A DNA stretch of 64,000 nucleotides from Bacteroidota bacterium (lineage in GTDB: Bacteria > Bacteroidota > Bacteroidia > UBA7662 > JAIXUI01): contig JAIXUI010000040.1 of assembly GCA_027484125.1 (NCBI GenBank), positions 1,426 to 65,425 of the forward strand, written 5' to 3'. Made by a program: the position numbers and the translations under genes. This document shows, piece after piece, positions 50,382 through 61,000 of this stretch; positions within the stretch are counted from its first letter, which is position 1, and every line of letters starts with the position of its first letter. Below the pieces are notes generated by a model. The model worked only from the letters and a program-made list of their open reading frames with translations, searched no databases and was not told where the DNA came from.

Positions 50382-50942
50382 ATGAAAACAGTCCAATTGA
50401 GCGGTTCCGTTCGCCGGAACGTAGGGAAGAAGGACGCAGCGGTTCTCCGCAGCGCTGGTTACGTTCCCTGTGTACTTTACGGAGGAAGTGGCCAGACGCA
50501 TTTTTATGCCGTGGCTTACGACCTCGAGCAAATCATCAACAGCCCCGATACTTATGTAGTGGAGGTTGAAGTAGAAGGCAAAAAAAGCAAGGCCATCATC
50601 CAAGAAAAACAATTCCACCCGGTTTCTGATGCTATCATGCACGTTGACTTCATGGAAGTTACTGAGGATAAGCCGGTAAAAACCCAGCTTCCGGTTGCTT
50701 ATATAGGCACTTCTCCTGGTGTTCGCGCCGGTGGTAAATTGGTGACTAACATGCGTCGCTTGAAAGTGAAAGGCCTTTTGGCTAACCTTCCAGAGCGCAT
50801 TACCATCGACATCAGCCAACTTGAACTTGGAAAAGTTATCCGTGTGAAGGAAGTTCAAGCTGAGAACTACCAGATTCTGGATGCTCCCAACAACCCAATT
50901 TGTATCATCAACGTTCCACGCGGTCTTCGCGGTAACGCTTAA
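50382..50942 (+). CDS. rplY: 50S ribosomal protein L25 / general stress protein Ctc
   Basis: The N-terminal L25 domain (SGSVRRNVGKKDAAVLRSAGYVPCVLYGG) plus a Ctc-type C-terminal extension. Confidence 0.92.
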   Translation: MKTVQLSGSVRRNVGKKDAAVLRSAGYVPCVLYGGSGQTHFYAVAYDLEQIINSPDTYVVEVEVEGKKSKAIIQEKQFHPVSDAIMHVDFMEVTEDKPVKTQLPVAYIGTSPGVRAGGKLVTNMRRLKVKGLLANLPERITIDISQLELGKVIRVKEVQAENYQILDAPNNPICIINVPRGLRGNA

Positions 50943-50956
50943 ACCCCTTAATTCGG

Positions 50957-51532
50957 GTGAAATACCTGATTGTTGGCCTTGGTAATCCAGGCCCGGAGTA
51001 TGCCGATACCCGCCACAACATCGGCTTTATGGTACTGGACGCCCTCGCTGGGGCGTCCGGTGCTGTTTTCAGGGATGGCCGTTATGGCAGCTTTACCGAA
51101 GTAAAATATGCCGGAAAGCTGTTAGTTCTCCTGAAACCCAATACTTTCATGAACTTATCCGGCAAGGCCGTCCGATATTGGATGGAGCAAGAAAAAGTAC
51201 CGCTAGAAAGGGTACTGGTCATCACCGACGATATAGCCTTGCCTACCGCTACCCTGCGTCTCCGTGCCCAAGGGAGTGATGGCGGACACAATGGACTTAA
51301 AAGCATCAATGCACTGGTTCAAAGCCAGCAATATCCTCGTTTAAGATTTGGTGTAGGGAATAACTTCGCTAAAGGGCACCAAGCTGATTATGTGTTAGCC
51401 CCGTTTGAACAAGAGGAACTTCATGCCGTACAATTATCGATTGAAAGAGCCGTTGAACTCTGCAAATACTTACCTATTCATGGTATTGGAGCAACTATGA
51501 CAAAATATAATAAATATTCAACACCCGAATAA
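50957..51532 (+). CDS. pth: peptidyl-tRNA hydrolase
   Basis: GTG start. KYLIVGLGNPGPEYADTRHNIGF, the canonical Pth N-terminus. Confidence 0.92.
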   Translation: MKYLIVGLGNPGPEYADTRHNIGFMVLDALAGASGAVFRDGRYGSFTEVKYAGKLLVLLKPNTFMNLSGKAVRYWMEQEKVPLERVLVITDDIALPTATLRLRAQGSDGGHNGLKSINALVQSQQYPRLRFGVGNNFAKGHQADYVLAPFEQEELHAVQLSIERAVELCKYLPIHGIGATMTKYNKYSTPE

Positions 51533-51630
51533 ATTATTCAAAGTAAGAAACAGCCAATTCATCGAAAGCCTCTCAAGCGTATCACAAATTTTGCTTTAAC
51601 AAATATGTTTTGCGTTTACTTAGCGGCACA

Positions 51631-51990
51631 ATGGACTTGGTAGAAATATTCTTTTTGGCACTTATACTCGCCTCAACTGCCTATCTCTTTTATCAGTTTG
51701 TTTACAAAAACGATATAAAACAGATTGACAGTGAAATCTCGGTGCAACGAGAAATCCTTTTGAGACAGTCTTCAAAAGATAGTAAGAGGACCAAAGCTTA
51801 CGCTCACCTCAGCATCGACCAGCTCAATCACTTACTTGACGAACTTCATAAAATAGCCACCAAGCGCTATTACAGAGAATCACTTGACACCGACCAACAG
51901 ATTATGCTCAAAAAGTACCGCCGTTCTGTGGATAATGAGCTGAGAATCATCAAGGACTCCGTAAAAAAACAAATGAAGAAATCCGGGTAA
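51631..51990 (+). CDS. hypothetical small single-pass membrane protein
   Basis: TM segment MDLVEIFFLALILASTAYLFYQF, then a basic helical tail. No family recognised. Confidence 0.4.
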   Translation: MDLVEIFFLALILASTAYLFYQFVYKNDIKQIDSEISVQREILLRQSSKDSKRTKAYAHLSIDQLNHLLDELHKIATKRYYRESLDTDQQIMLKKYRRSVDNELRIIKDSVKKQMKKSG

Positions 51991-52030
51991 GTTAGCATTC
52001 AGCAACTTCCTATTTTCTATCTTAGAACCG

Positions 52031-53926
52031 ATGCGAGGTTTATTATTGGCTATCGGTTTATCCTTATTCTCCACTTGTCTTTTCGCTCAAAAAAAGATCG
52101 AGTTCGATGACCTGTCATTGCTCAGGCGCGAACTTGATAGCATTGATTATGCCCAAGACTCTACCTCGATAGCTACTTTATCTCTTCGAATTGAAGAGCA
52201 GGTAAGAAGTATAACTCCATCGAAATTCAACGATTGCATTCAAATAATCGCCAATACCACCAATGAATCTTCAACTCCGGAGCGGCATTATCGGTTTTTG
52301 GCCACTGCTTTAGCCTCTTTTCATGAGGGCAATCTCGGAAGAAGGAACTTTGACCAAATTTATCAAGCTATTCAGCGTATAGCCCCTCCAGCTTCCACCC
52401 TATGCAATGCCATCATTGACCTTTGGCAATGTCAAAGTTTTGAGCGCGCCAAGGATTTTCCCAATGCTATCAAGTTTGCAAAATCATCTCTACGAGGGCA
52501 CATAGCCATAAACGCTCACGGTGATGCCTGTAATGGCTTTACCCTGGTAGGCATACTCTATACCAAAGCTAAACTTTGGAAAGAAAGCGTGATCTGGCAT
52601 AAAAAGGGCCTTGATTACGCGTTGAAACACCAAATTCCAATTTGGATTTCCCTTACCTCCGGAAATCTTGGGAATGCGCTATTGCAAGTAAAAGACACCA
52701 TTCAAGCGCTTAAGTACTTAACTATCGACTTAGAAACAGGCACCAAACTCAAAGCATACAGCAGCATTGCCAATACCTGGACCCTATTAGCGCGTATCGC
52801 CAAAAAAAGAGGACAATACTCGAAATGGAAATCGGGCTTGGATAGTGCCAGCTATTACGCCCAATTGGCTTTTCCTGACGGTGGTAATCATGAAAGAACC
52901 TGGTATGAAATCTATTTTGAATGGTCAGATTGGCATCGGTATATCGGAAATTATCAAGAAGCGATGAAATACCAATCGCTCTTCTATGAAAGCAAGCACC
53001 GCCATGATAGCTTAGAAGAAAAGCGATTTTCTACGGAGTTATTCAACCTGCTTGAGAAAAAGTACCGAGACAAGGAAATGAGTTTGCTTCAGTCAGATTT
53101 AGAGCAAAAAGCCTCATTGAACAAATTATATGGTGTATTGCTGTTTGTCATGGTTGTTTTTTTAGGAACACTCTCCTACTTCATTTACAACTTAAGAAAG
53201 AAAACCAAACTGGAGCAAGAATCCAACGCTCGACTTGAATCACTCAATCAGCTTAAAGACAGGATGTTCTCCGTAATTTCTCACGATTTGCGTTCTCCGT
53301 TGGCGAGCTTAAGTGGATTGATTGAGTTATTTAATCAGGATGATTTATCAGAACAAGAAAAATCTTATTTCCTCGAGGAAGTCAAAACGCAATTGGGGGC
53401 AACTATGACTTTACTTGACAATCTGCTCCAATGGTCCATGCTTCAGTTTAAAGGAGAAAGTTTACCCAAACCAGTCAATCTCCCTATTGCGGAAGAAGTA
53501 AAACAAATATTGACCTTACTTCAAGGACAAGCGAAGCGAAAACATATTCAACTTACTTCTACCATACCCATGGAGTTGTCAGCCACCTTCGACTCGAATC
53601 ATTTTCAGCTAATTCTTCGCAATCTTATCAGCAATGCCATAAAATTCTCACATCCAAACTCAATGGTTCAGATAAGTGCGAAGAAAAAGGACTCAATAGT
53701 TGAAATTGAAGTGAGAGATACTGGTGTAGGTATTCCGGAAGAGGCGATGCATTCCCTATTCAAAAGAAACTCTTACCACAGCACCTTTGGCACTAGCGGA
53801 GAAAAAGGAGCTGGACTAGGATTAAGCCTCTGCTATGATTATGCAGTATTAAATGCTGGAAAACTAGAAGCCAGTAGCCAAGAAGGAAAAGGGAGTACCT
53901 TTTGCTTGAGCCTTCCCGCTAGCTAA
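52031..53926 (+). CDS. TPR-repeat membrane sensor histidine kinase (HisKA + HATPase_c)
   Basis: Signal peptide, TPR-like region, TM helix LYGVLLFVMVVFLGTLSYFIY, H-box FSVISHDLRSPLASLSGL, N-box LRNLISNAIKFS and G-boxes DTGVGI, GAGLGLSL. Confidence 0.85.
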   Translation: MRGLLLAIGLSLFSTCLFAQKKIEFDDLSLLRRELDSIDYAQDSTSIATLSLRIEEQVRSITPSKFNDCIQIIANTTNESSTPERHYRFLATALASFHEGNLGRRNFDQIYQAIQRIAPPASTLCNAIIDLWQCQSFERAKDFPNAIKFAKSSLRGHIAINAHGDACNGFTLVGILYTKAKLWKESVIWHKKGLDYALKHQIPIWISLTSGNLGNALLQVKDTIQALKYLTIDLETGTKLKAYSSIANTWTLLARIAKKRGQYSKWKSGLDSASYYAQLAFPDGGNHERTWYEIYFEWSDWHRYIGNYQEAMKYQSLFYESKHRHDSLEEKRFSTELFNLLEKKYRDKEMSLLQSDLEQKASLNKLYGVLLFVMVVFLGTLSYFIYNLRKKTKLEQESNARLESLNQLKDRMFSVISHDLRSPLASLSGLIELFNQDDLSEQEKSYFLEEVKTQLGATMTLLDNLLQWSMLQFKGESLPKPVNLPIAEEVKQILTLLQGQAKRKHIQLTSTIPMELSATFDSNHFQLILRNLISNAIKFSHPNSMVQISAKKKDSIVEIEVRDTGVGIPEEAMHSLFKRNSYHSTFGTSGEKGAGLGLSLCYDYAVLNAGKLEASSQEGKGSTFCLSLPAS

Positions 53927-54911
53927 TCTTTTTTGTAAGTCGTTCCATTTCAGGACGTGGAGGCGCATTTCGATATAAGATGTTATAAACAGCCTCTGTA
54001 ATTGGGAGGCTAACCGCAAATTTCTCCCGCAGTGCTTCTACGCAAACCACTGCATAATAGCCTTCCGCAATCATGTTCATTTCAATTTGGGCATTTCTTA
54101 CTGAGTAACCACGGCCAATCATATTGCCGAAAGTGCGGTTTCTGCTGTACTGCGAGTAAGCCGTAACCAGCAAATCGCCTAAATAAGCAGAGCCTTTTAT
54201 ATCGCGAGTGATAGGATGATAGACCTGCAAAAAGGCCTCCATTTCCTGAATAGCATTGGAAATAAGCACTGCTTGAAAATTATCTCCATAACCTAATCCA
54301 TGGGCAATCCCACTGGCTATAGCGAAGATGTTCTTCATTACAGCAGCTATTTCCGTTCCCCAGATGTCATCTGAAGGGTTGGTACGAATGTATCTACAAG
54401 CTAAAGCCTGAGCCACCTGATGGGCTAATGCGGCATTCTCACTACCGATGGTGAGGTAACTTAATTTTTCCATGGCCACTTCCTCCGCATGACATGGCCC
54501 TGTAATAACGGCCAGATTCTCAACAGGCACCTGGAAAAACTGATGGAAGTAGTCGGCGATGAGGATATTCTCTCCCGGTATCATACCCTTGATAGCAGAG
54601 ACCACTTTTTTACCGACAAGCTCTTCTGGTTTGAGGCTCTGAAGAGCAGCCCTTAAAAAAGCAGCAGGAACTGCCATAATCAAGATGTCCGCTTTACTTA
54701 CCAATCGTTTGAGGTTGGTGCTCACATGATCGCGGCGCAATTTAACTTCTACAGTATTCAAGTAACGGGGATTGTGGCCATACGCTCGTATATGTTCCAC
54801 TGCTTCGTGGTCACGCATCCACCAGTACACCGGCTGGCGAGCATCGGTCAGAATTTTGACCAAGGCTGTTGCCCAACTGCCGCCACCAATTACCGCAAAA
54901 ACGGGCTTCAT
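53919..54911 (-). CDS. gpsA: NAD(P)H-dependent glycerol-3-phosphate dehydrogenase
   Basis: Rossmann FAVIGGGSWATALV; length 330 aa. Confidence 0.93.
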   Translation of the reverse strand: MKPVFAVIGGGSWATALVKILTDARQPVYWWMRDHEAVEHIRAYGHNPRYLNTVEVKLRRDHVSTNLKRLVSKADILIMAVPAAFLRAALQSLKPEELVGKKVVSAIKGMIPGENILIADYFHQFFQVPVENLAVITGPCHAEEVAMEKLSYLTIGSENAALAHQVAQALACRYIRTNPSDDIWGTEIAAVMKNIFAIASGIAHGLGYGDNFQAVLISNAIQEMEAFLQVYHPITRDIKGSAYLGDLLVTAYSQYSRNRTFGNMIGRGYSVRNAQIEMNMIAEGYYAVVCVEALREKFAVSLPITEAVYNILYRNAPPRPEMERLTKKIS

Positions 54912-56293
54912 TACTTTTCTTTTGAATAAAGCGCCTTGCGCGATACTACTTTCACCTTGGTCTTGTTATCCAGCTTTTTGGAAATGCTTGAATAAGGGCC
55001 GGAAATAACCTCTTGACCAGCCTTAATTCCAGAAGTTATGGCGATCCAAGCGTCATCCTGAATGCCCACCGTTACCTTCTGCGCTTTGGAAATGCCATTT
55101 TCAACCACAAATACCACTTCGTGATTGGTCAATTTATCTCCAGATTTAGAAGATTCCGACGACTCTGAATCCGTTTCTTCGTCGCTTGAATCTTCTGTCT
55201 TTTTGAGCAAACTCATTTCTCCTTTGCTATTAAAAGACCGAATGGTGACAGCTTGAATGGGCACTGCCACTATTCCGCTCACACGGTCAGTATGGATTTC
55301 AACCGATGCTGACATTCCCGGGCGGAAAGGCACCTTTTTCTTTTTAAGCAAATCCTCGTAGGAGCTGTTGAGTAAGTGAATTTTAACTGCGAAGTTGGTT
55401 ACTTGATCCGATGCAGCAGCAATTCCTCCGGAAGAATTAGCAGAGTTGGAGACTTCCGTCACGATTCCCTTAAAAAAGCGACCAGGATAAGCATCTACTT
55501 CGATATCGGCAGTATCACCGACAGAAATTCTTACAATATCCGCTTCTGACACATCCACTTTTGCCATCATGGCGTTGAGATTGGCTACGCGCATCATCTC
55601 AGTACCTGCCATTTGGGCTGTTCCTACTACTCTCTCACCCAACTCAACATTCAACTTGGTGACGATGCCTTCCATTGGGCTGTAAATGGTAGTTCGGAGT
55701 AAGTTTTCTCTGGTTTCCTTTACCCCGGCAGAAGCACTGTTGATGGTAAACTCAGCAGCAGCAACCGACTGGCGAGCCGACTCAATTTCCTGAACACTGG
55801 TTTCATACTGCGCTTTTGCCGCATCAAACTCGGCATCAGAAATCACCTTTTGCTCAAAGAGTTTCTTGTTTCTGTTATAGTTGAGGCTAATATTTTTGAA
55901 ATTAGCTTCAGCTTGCTTCAAACGCGCAGCCGCATTGGCTTTGGAAGCCTTGGCATTATTCACCGCTGCTTCGGCCCGTTCAAGTGCCGCTTCGATTATT
56001 TGCGGATTAATTCTAACAAGCAGTTGGCCTTTCTTAACAGAATCACCTTCCTTTACATACAGTCCAATGATTTCGCCTGAAATTTCAGAGGATATCTTGA
56101 CTTCTGTTTCTGGCTGGACCTTTCCATTGGCAATGACTGTTTCCACGATATCTCGGAGTTCGGCCTTTTCAACGGTTACATTTTCCAGGGACTCACCTCC
56201 AATCCAGCCTGCTTTTTTCGCTACTATAGCCGCTATCAGCAGTAAACCTACCGCAATGAGCAGCAGGTGAAGGGGTTTTAGTTTTCGCTTCAC
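54911..56293 (-). CDS. efflux membrane-fusion (periplasmic adaptor) protein, HlyD/MacA-like
   Basis: N-terminal TM anchor, a long coiled-coil hairpin, beta-barrel and MP domains, and an acidic Ser/Asp/Glu-rich insert. Confidence 0.85.
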   Translation of the reverse strand: MKRKLKPLHLLLIAVGLLLIAAIVAKKAGWIGGESLENVTVEKAELRDIVETVIANGKVQPETEVKISSEISGEIIGLYVKEGDSVKKGQLLVRINPQIIEAALERAEAAVNNAKASKANAAARLKQAEANFKNISLNYNRNKKLFEQKVISDAEFDAAKAQYETSVQEIESARQSVAAAEFTINSASAGVKETRENLLRTTIYSPMEGIVTKLNVELGERVVGTAQMAGTEMMRVANLNAMMAKVDVSEADIVRISVGDTADIEVDAYPGRFFKGIVTEVSNSANSSGGIAAASDQVTNFAVKIHLLNSSYEDLLKKKKVPFRPGMSASVEIHTDRVSGIVAVPIQAVTIRSFNSKGEMSLLKKTEDSSDEETDSESSESSKSGDKLTNHEVVFVVENGISKAQKVTVGIQDDAWIAITSGIKAGQEVISGPYSSISKKLDNKTKVKVVSRKALYSKEK

Positions 56294-56342
56294 GCTGCAA
56301 AGGTATTATTTGTTCATTAAGCAGAGGGAAATGCCTGTGGAC

Positions 56343-57791
56343 TTAGTCATTGATTTCGACTTGTCCACCTCTATAAAATTCCAGTATTTTCTCACGAAAC
56401 AACAATTCATACTGACTTTGAATGAGGGCTGCTTCAGCACGTTGAGCATTGTTTCTCGCCAAGAGAAAATCGGCAGAATTGAGTAACCCTTGCTCAAATC
56501 TGGCTGAGGAAAACTGAAGCGCTTCTTTTTGTGCTCGTAGATTTTCCTTATTAGCCTGATGGCGCAGCATGGCCGCTTTAAAGTCTGTGTATGCTCGTGC
56601 TATGTCTTGGTAAAGGGTGTTTTTCTGCTGTTCTGTATTAAGTCGAGCTAATTCCTTTCCCGTTTGGGCTCTTTTAACGCTATTGCGAATCTGGCCTTGT
56701 GAAAAAATAGGGATGGAAAGCCCAAGACCTACGGTAGTTCCAAGGTTATCGGAAAGCTGATCTCCGAAAGCGGTGGTGCGGAAACGGGGTACGCCTTGTA
56801 CCCCAAAAACTGTATCGAGGCTGTTGCCTACAAACCCAATGGGGAAAACCTGAAAAACAGTAGAACCGGGAATAGACGACTTTCTAGAATCAGACCAAAG
56901 AGTATTGACATTACCGAACAAATTTAAGCGAGGATAATGACCTGCCTGAGCCACCTTAAGCCCATATTCAGCAGCTTTTTCACGAAACTCGGCTCCTTTG
57001 ATTTGTGGATTCCGGCTAACACTTTCTTTGAAGAGTTCATCGATGCCGGCAGCAAGTGCACGCTCATAATTTTCACCACCAAGTTTTGGAGCCTGAACGT
57101 CAAAATTATCAGACACTTTAAGCATCATGAGCAACTGCAAATTCACTTTAGCCAGTTGCAACGCATTTTCCGCATTCACCACATTAAGCTCATCGTTGGC
57201 GAGTTGCGCTTTCAAACTATTGAGGATATCAGCACGCAGCGCACCTGCCTCGAACAGCTTTTGATTTCTCTCAACCTGAGCTTTGGCATTCTCACGCTGA
57301 GCTTTGGCCATACCAACCAGCTCCTTTTGCTGAAGCACTTGCAGGAAGAAATTGGCCAGGCTCAATACCATGTTATTCTTCGTCAGTTCCAAATCGTATT
57401 GGCCAGCCATAAAGGCATGAGCCTGCTGACGAATGCTATTGTTAAGCGCAAAACCATTGAACAACGTGACCGAACCATTGAGGTTGAAAGAAGCCGAGTT
57501 GATGGTTTGTTCGTTGAAGGTATTGGTGAAGGGGTCGATCACACGACCAGTATTTAAACTCTGATTGATGGTGGAGTTTATGGCCGGCAATCGTTGTAAT
57601 CTCAACGTATTCAAATCATTACCAGATTGTTCCAAGTTTATTAGGGCTTGTTTTACGCTGATGTTTTCCTTCAGCGCATGCTCCACACATTGGCGAAACG
57701 ACCACGGACCGGAAGGCTGACCAATCGTTGAAAAGTGGATGAAAATTACAAGTGAAGCCGAAAACAGCAAAAAAGGAGACGAATACCTCAT
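56343..57791 (-). CDS. TolC-family outer-membrane efflux protein
   Basis: 482 aa with two-repeat TolC organisation and long helical segments rich in Leu/Gln/Asn/Ala. Confidence 0.85.
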   Translation of the reverse strand: MRYSSPFLLFSASLVIFIHFSTIGQPSGPWSFRQCVEHALKENISVKQALINLEQSGNDLNTLRLQRLPAINSTINQSLNTGRVIDPFTNTFNEQTINSASFNLNGSVTLFNGFALNNSIRQQAHAFMAGQYDLELTKNNMVLSLANFFLQVLQQKELVGMAKAQRENAKAQVERNQKLFEAGALRADILNSLKAQLANDELNVVNAENALQLAKVNLQLLMMLKVSDNFDVQAPKLGGENYERALAAGIDELFKESVSRNPQIKGAEFREKAAEYGLKVAQAGHYPRLNLFGNVNTLWSDSRKSSIPGSTVFQVFPIGFVGNSLDTVFGVQGVPRFRTTAFGDQLSDNLGTTVGLGLSIPIFSQGQIRNSVKRAQTGKELARLNTEQQKNTLYQDIARAYTDFKAAMLRHQANKENLRAQKEALQFSSARFEQGLLNSADFLLARNNAQRAEAALIQSQYELLFREKILEFYRGGQVEIND

Positions 57792-58056
57792 AAATACGTT
57801 GGATAACCACTGTAAAAGTGATGAAATGAATGGAGAATAGCACTAACCTTAACCTATTCTTTGCATAAAATTAGCATTTAAGGGATTAAACAGGGATTCA
57901 TCAAACTATAGAAATTACAAACCATATTAACAGGTTAAACTATCAAATAATAACAAACTTCCTACGAATATCTGATGAAAAAACTGCTAACTAGACATGA
58001 AATTCTGAAAAGACTAATGTTTTAATAAGCTACTTTAGATAAAGTTTTTTTAAAAG

Positions 58057-61000
58057 TTGAAGAAGATAAATATCGCCAACCATTCAACTTCTCGTGTAAT
58101 AGGAATTGGAGCTTCTGCCGGTGGGCTTGACCCCATACGGCTGTTCATGAGCCAGTTAGATGTAGAAGAAGATCATTCGAAGGCTTTCATTCTGGTGATA
58201 CATCAAAACAATCAGTTTGAGAGTCACTTACTAGAAATACTAGCGTCAGAAACCGCACTACCCATCAAGTGGGCAGAAGACGGCGACCAAGTACGAGGCG
58301 GGCAGGTTTACCTATGCCCAGCACAACATGACCTTTGGATTCAAGATGGCCAATTCAGATTTACGCCTGGAAAAAAATCCATGCCTGGGCCCTCTATCGA
58401 TCGGCTTTTCACCACCATGGGGGTGTGTTTTGGCGGCAGTGCTTGTGGCGTTATACTATCCGGTACAGGACATGATGGCGCAAAGGGTGCCCAAGCAATT
58501 GCTCAAGCCGGAGGAAGTGTATATACCCAACTGCTCAGTGAAGCCCAATTCCCACAAATGGCAGAAGCTTGTTTACGGAGTTGCCCAACTGCCCAGGTTG
58601 TTTCCATCAAGAACATGATGGCTGAAATCCGTAATTGCGATGCAAGCCTATCATCACCGCCTCAAACTTACTCAGCCGCAGACCAAGTTAAACATGTTGT
58701 AATCCATCATCTTCAGGAAGCATGGAACCTTGACACCAACTGGTTTCTTCCTGAGTGGCAATATGCATTTTGGGACAACCTCAATAAGAAATGGGGCAAC
58801 ATGCCCATACCCATTCAAGAGCTTCCATCCGAACTTAAAAGTTATGCTAAATCCTATTTCTTAGCGTCTAATGACACCTTCTTTTATGGGTTAAAAGAAA
58901 TAGCCCGAATAAAAGAATGGTTAATCCCTTATTTCAAGCCACAATTACAAAATACCCCATTTCGAGCATGGGTACCGTTTGCCGGAAGTGGCGAATTTGC
59001 CTATAGTATTTCTTTGTGCATTCAGCAATTATACGACGAAGGGTATCCATCCAAGTTAGTTCAGATTTTCGCAACAGGCATTGAAGACGTTGAGATAGAA
59101 CAGGCTAGAAAAGGGCTCTTTAAAAAAAGTGACATCGCCCAAGACCTTCCTTCTGAATACTGGAAATATTTCCAAGATTCACGAAGTTCTGATAGCTTGG
59201 AAGTTATTCAAGAAATTAAATCCCGCATTATTTTTAGCAGTCATAGCCCATTCTCAGATCCGCCTTTCCTTCATTTAGACCTGGTAGCCGCCGGAAGTTT
59301 CTTTACTAGACTTACGCAAGAGTGCAAGCATAAATTGAGAGACCTTTTTGCGTTTTCGCTTAAAAAAAATGGCTTACTCCTTACCTGTGACCCCCACTGG
59401 ATTGATTTTTCTTTTGGACCTTTTCTTCCGTACAAAGATTTACCTGGTTTCTTTATACTTGATTCTACCATTGGCCTAAAACCTATTCGATTTCAAACTC
59501 CCAAACAAAATAAGGCAACATGGTTTAGTCAATATGTGCATCAAATGGTTGCCAAAAAGCAAGAACCACAGCATATTCATACCTCTGAAATTCAAGAAAA
59601 GCAGTTTATCATAACCAATCTCAATTTTGAGATTATTCACCTTTCTGATGGCCTTCAACCCATTCTTAACCTTCCTAATGGGCCTATTAATCAGAACTTA
59701 TTTCATTTCCTCGACATACAACTGGAAACAGAGGTCAAAGCTAGGATTACAGCTTTAAAAAACCATCACCTACGCGCCAGAAGTACCTTTAGGCGGCTTA
59801 AGTTTTTCGATCAGCGCTATTACTTCATAAAAGTAAGAACAGCGTTTTACCATAGCGGCGAAGGCGAACTAACAGGGTATTTAATAGCTTTCGATTTGAT
59901 TCCTGAGGAAGAAATCATGGAGCTTCCCGGAATATCCGATAACCTTGGTGCCATAGAACAGCACAGTCAAAAAAGCGAATTGGAATCCTTAAAATATCGG
60001 CTTGAAAACTCTTTAGAAGAGCTAAAACTATCCGGGAAGATTCAGCAGGATCTTAATACAGAACTTCAGCTCGCAAATCAACAATTGCAGCAAACGGTTG
60101 AGCAGTTAGCGAGTTCAAAGGAAGAACTTGAAAGTTCTAACGAGGAACTTAAAGTGGCTTATCAAGAATTAAAAATTATTTATTCAGAATTAGAGAGTAA
60201 AGATCAAAAACTTGAATCCGCTCATTCAAGGCTTCAAAATCTAATCACTAATTCATTTCAACCCTATTTACAGCTCAACATGCGGTATGAAGTAGAATTA
60301 TTTAACAGCATGGCAGCAGAAGTATTCAGAGATTGCGCCAATATTCAACTTGAAATCGGAAAGTCTCTTTTACATGAGTTAAGTACTCAAAACTTGGAAA
60401 GCTTCCTTCGCTTTTTCCATAGTGCTGCCAAAGGTGTGGTAGAAAGAGGAGAATTTAAACTTACAGATAATAAAAATCGGAAAAGGCATTTTTACTTTAC
60501 TGCTTCTCCTTTAGTGAATGAATCAGAGGAGGTAGAGCATATTCTCTACAATTTCTTAGACTTTTCAGACCTCAATGAAATTAAAGAAGAACTGGAAGAT
60601 CGGAATCAGCTCATTGAATCTGTATTTAAAGTAGTAGATGTTGGCTTGGTGGTAATCGATCATCAAGGAATTATCTTAACGTGCAACGAGGCCGTAACCA
60701 AAATTATCGAGCTTGATTTAATTGAAATCATAGGTAAGAAATCCAGTGACTTACTCCATCTTCAACCTCTTCACAACACTTATTTCAAACACAATGAAAG
60801 CACCCAAAACTTGTATGAGTTAAGTCTTGGCAATGGAGTTTATAAATTGGTGCAAGCAACCAATCGAACCATTAGCCTTCATGAAGGATTGAGCATGCAG
60901 GTGATCTCTATTCTTGACATTTCTGACAAAATCCGATATCTCAATCTATTGGAAGATACACAAGCCGCAGCACACGTTGGCGGTTGGGAATATGACTTAA

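Noticed and set aside
56937-57557. 206-aa plus-strand ORF
   Set aside because: It is entirely antisense to the TolC-family gene and has low-complexity composition.
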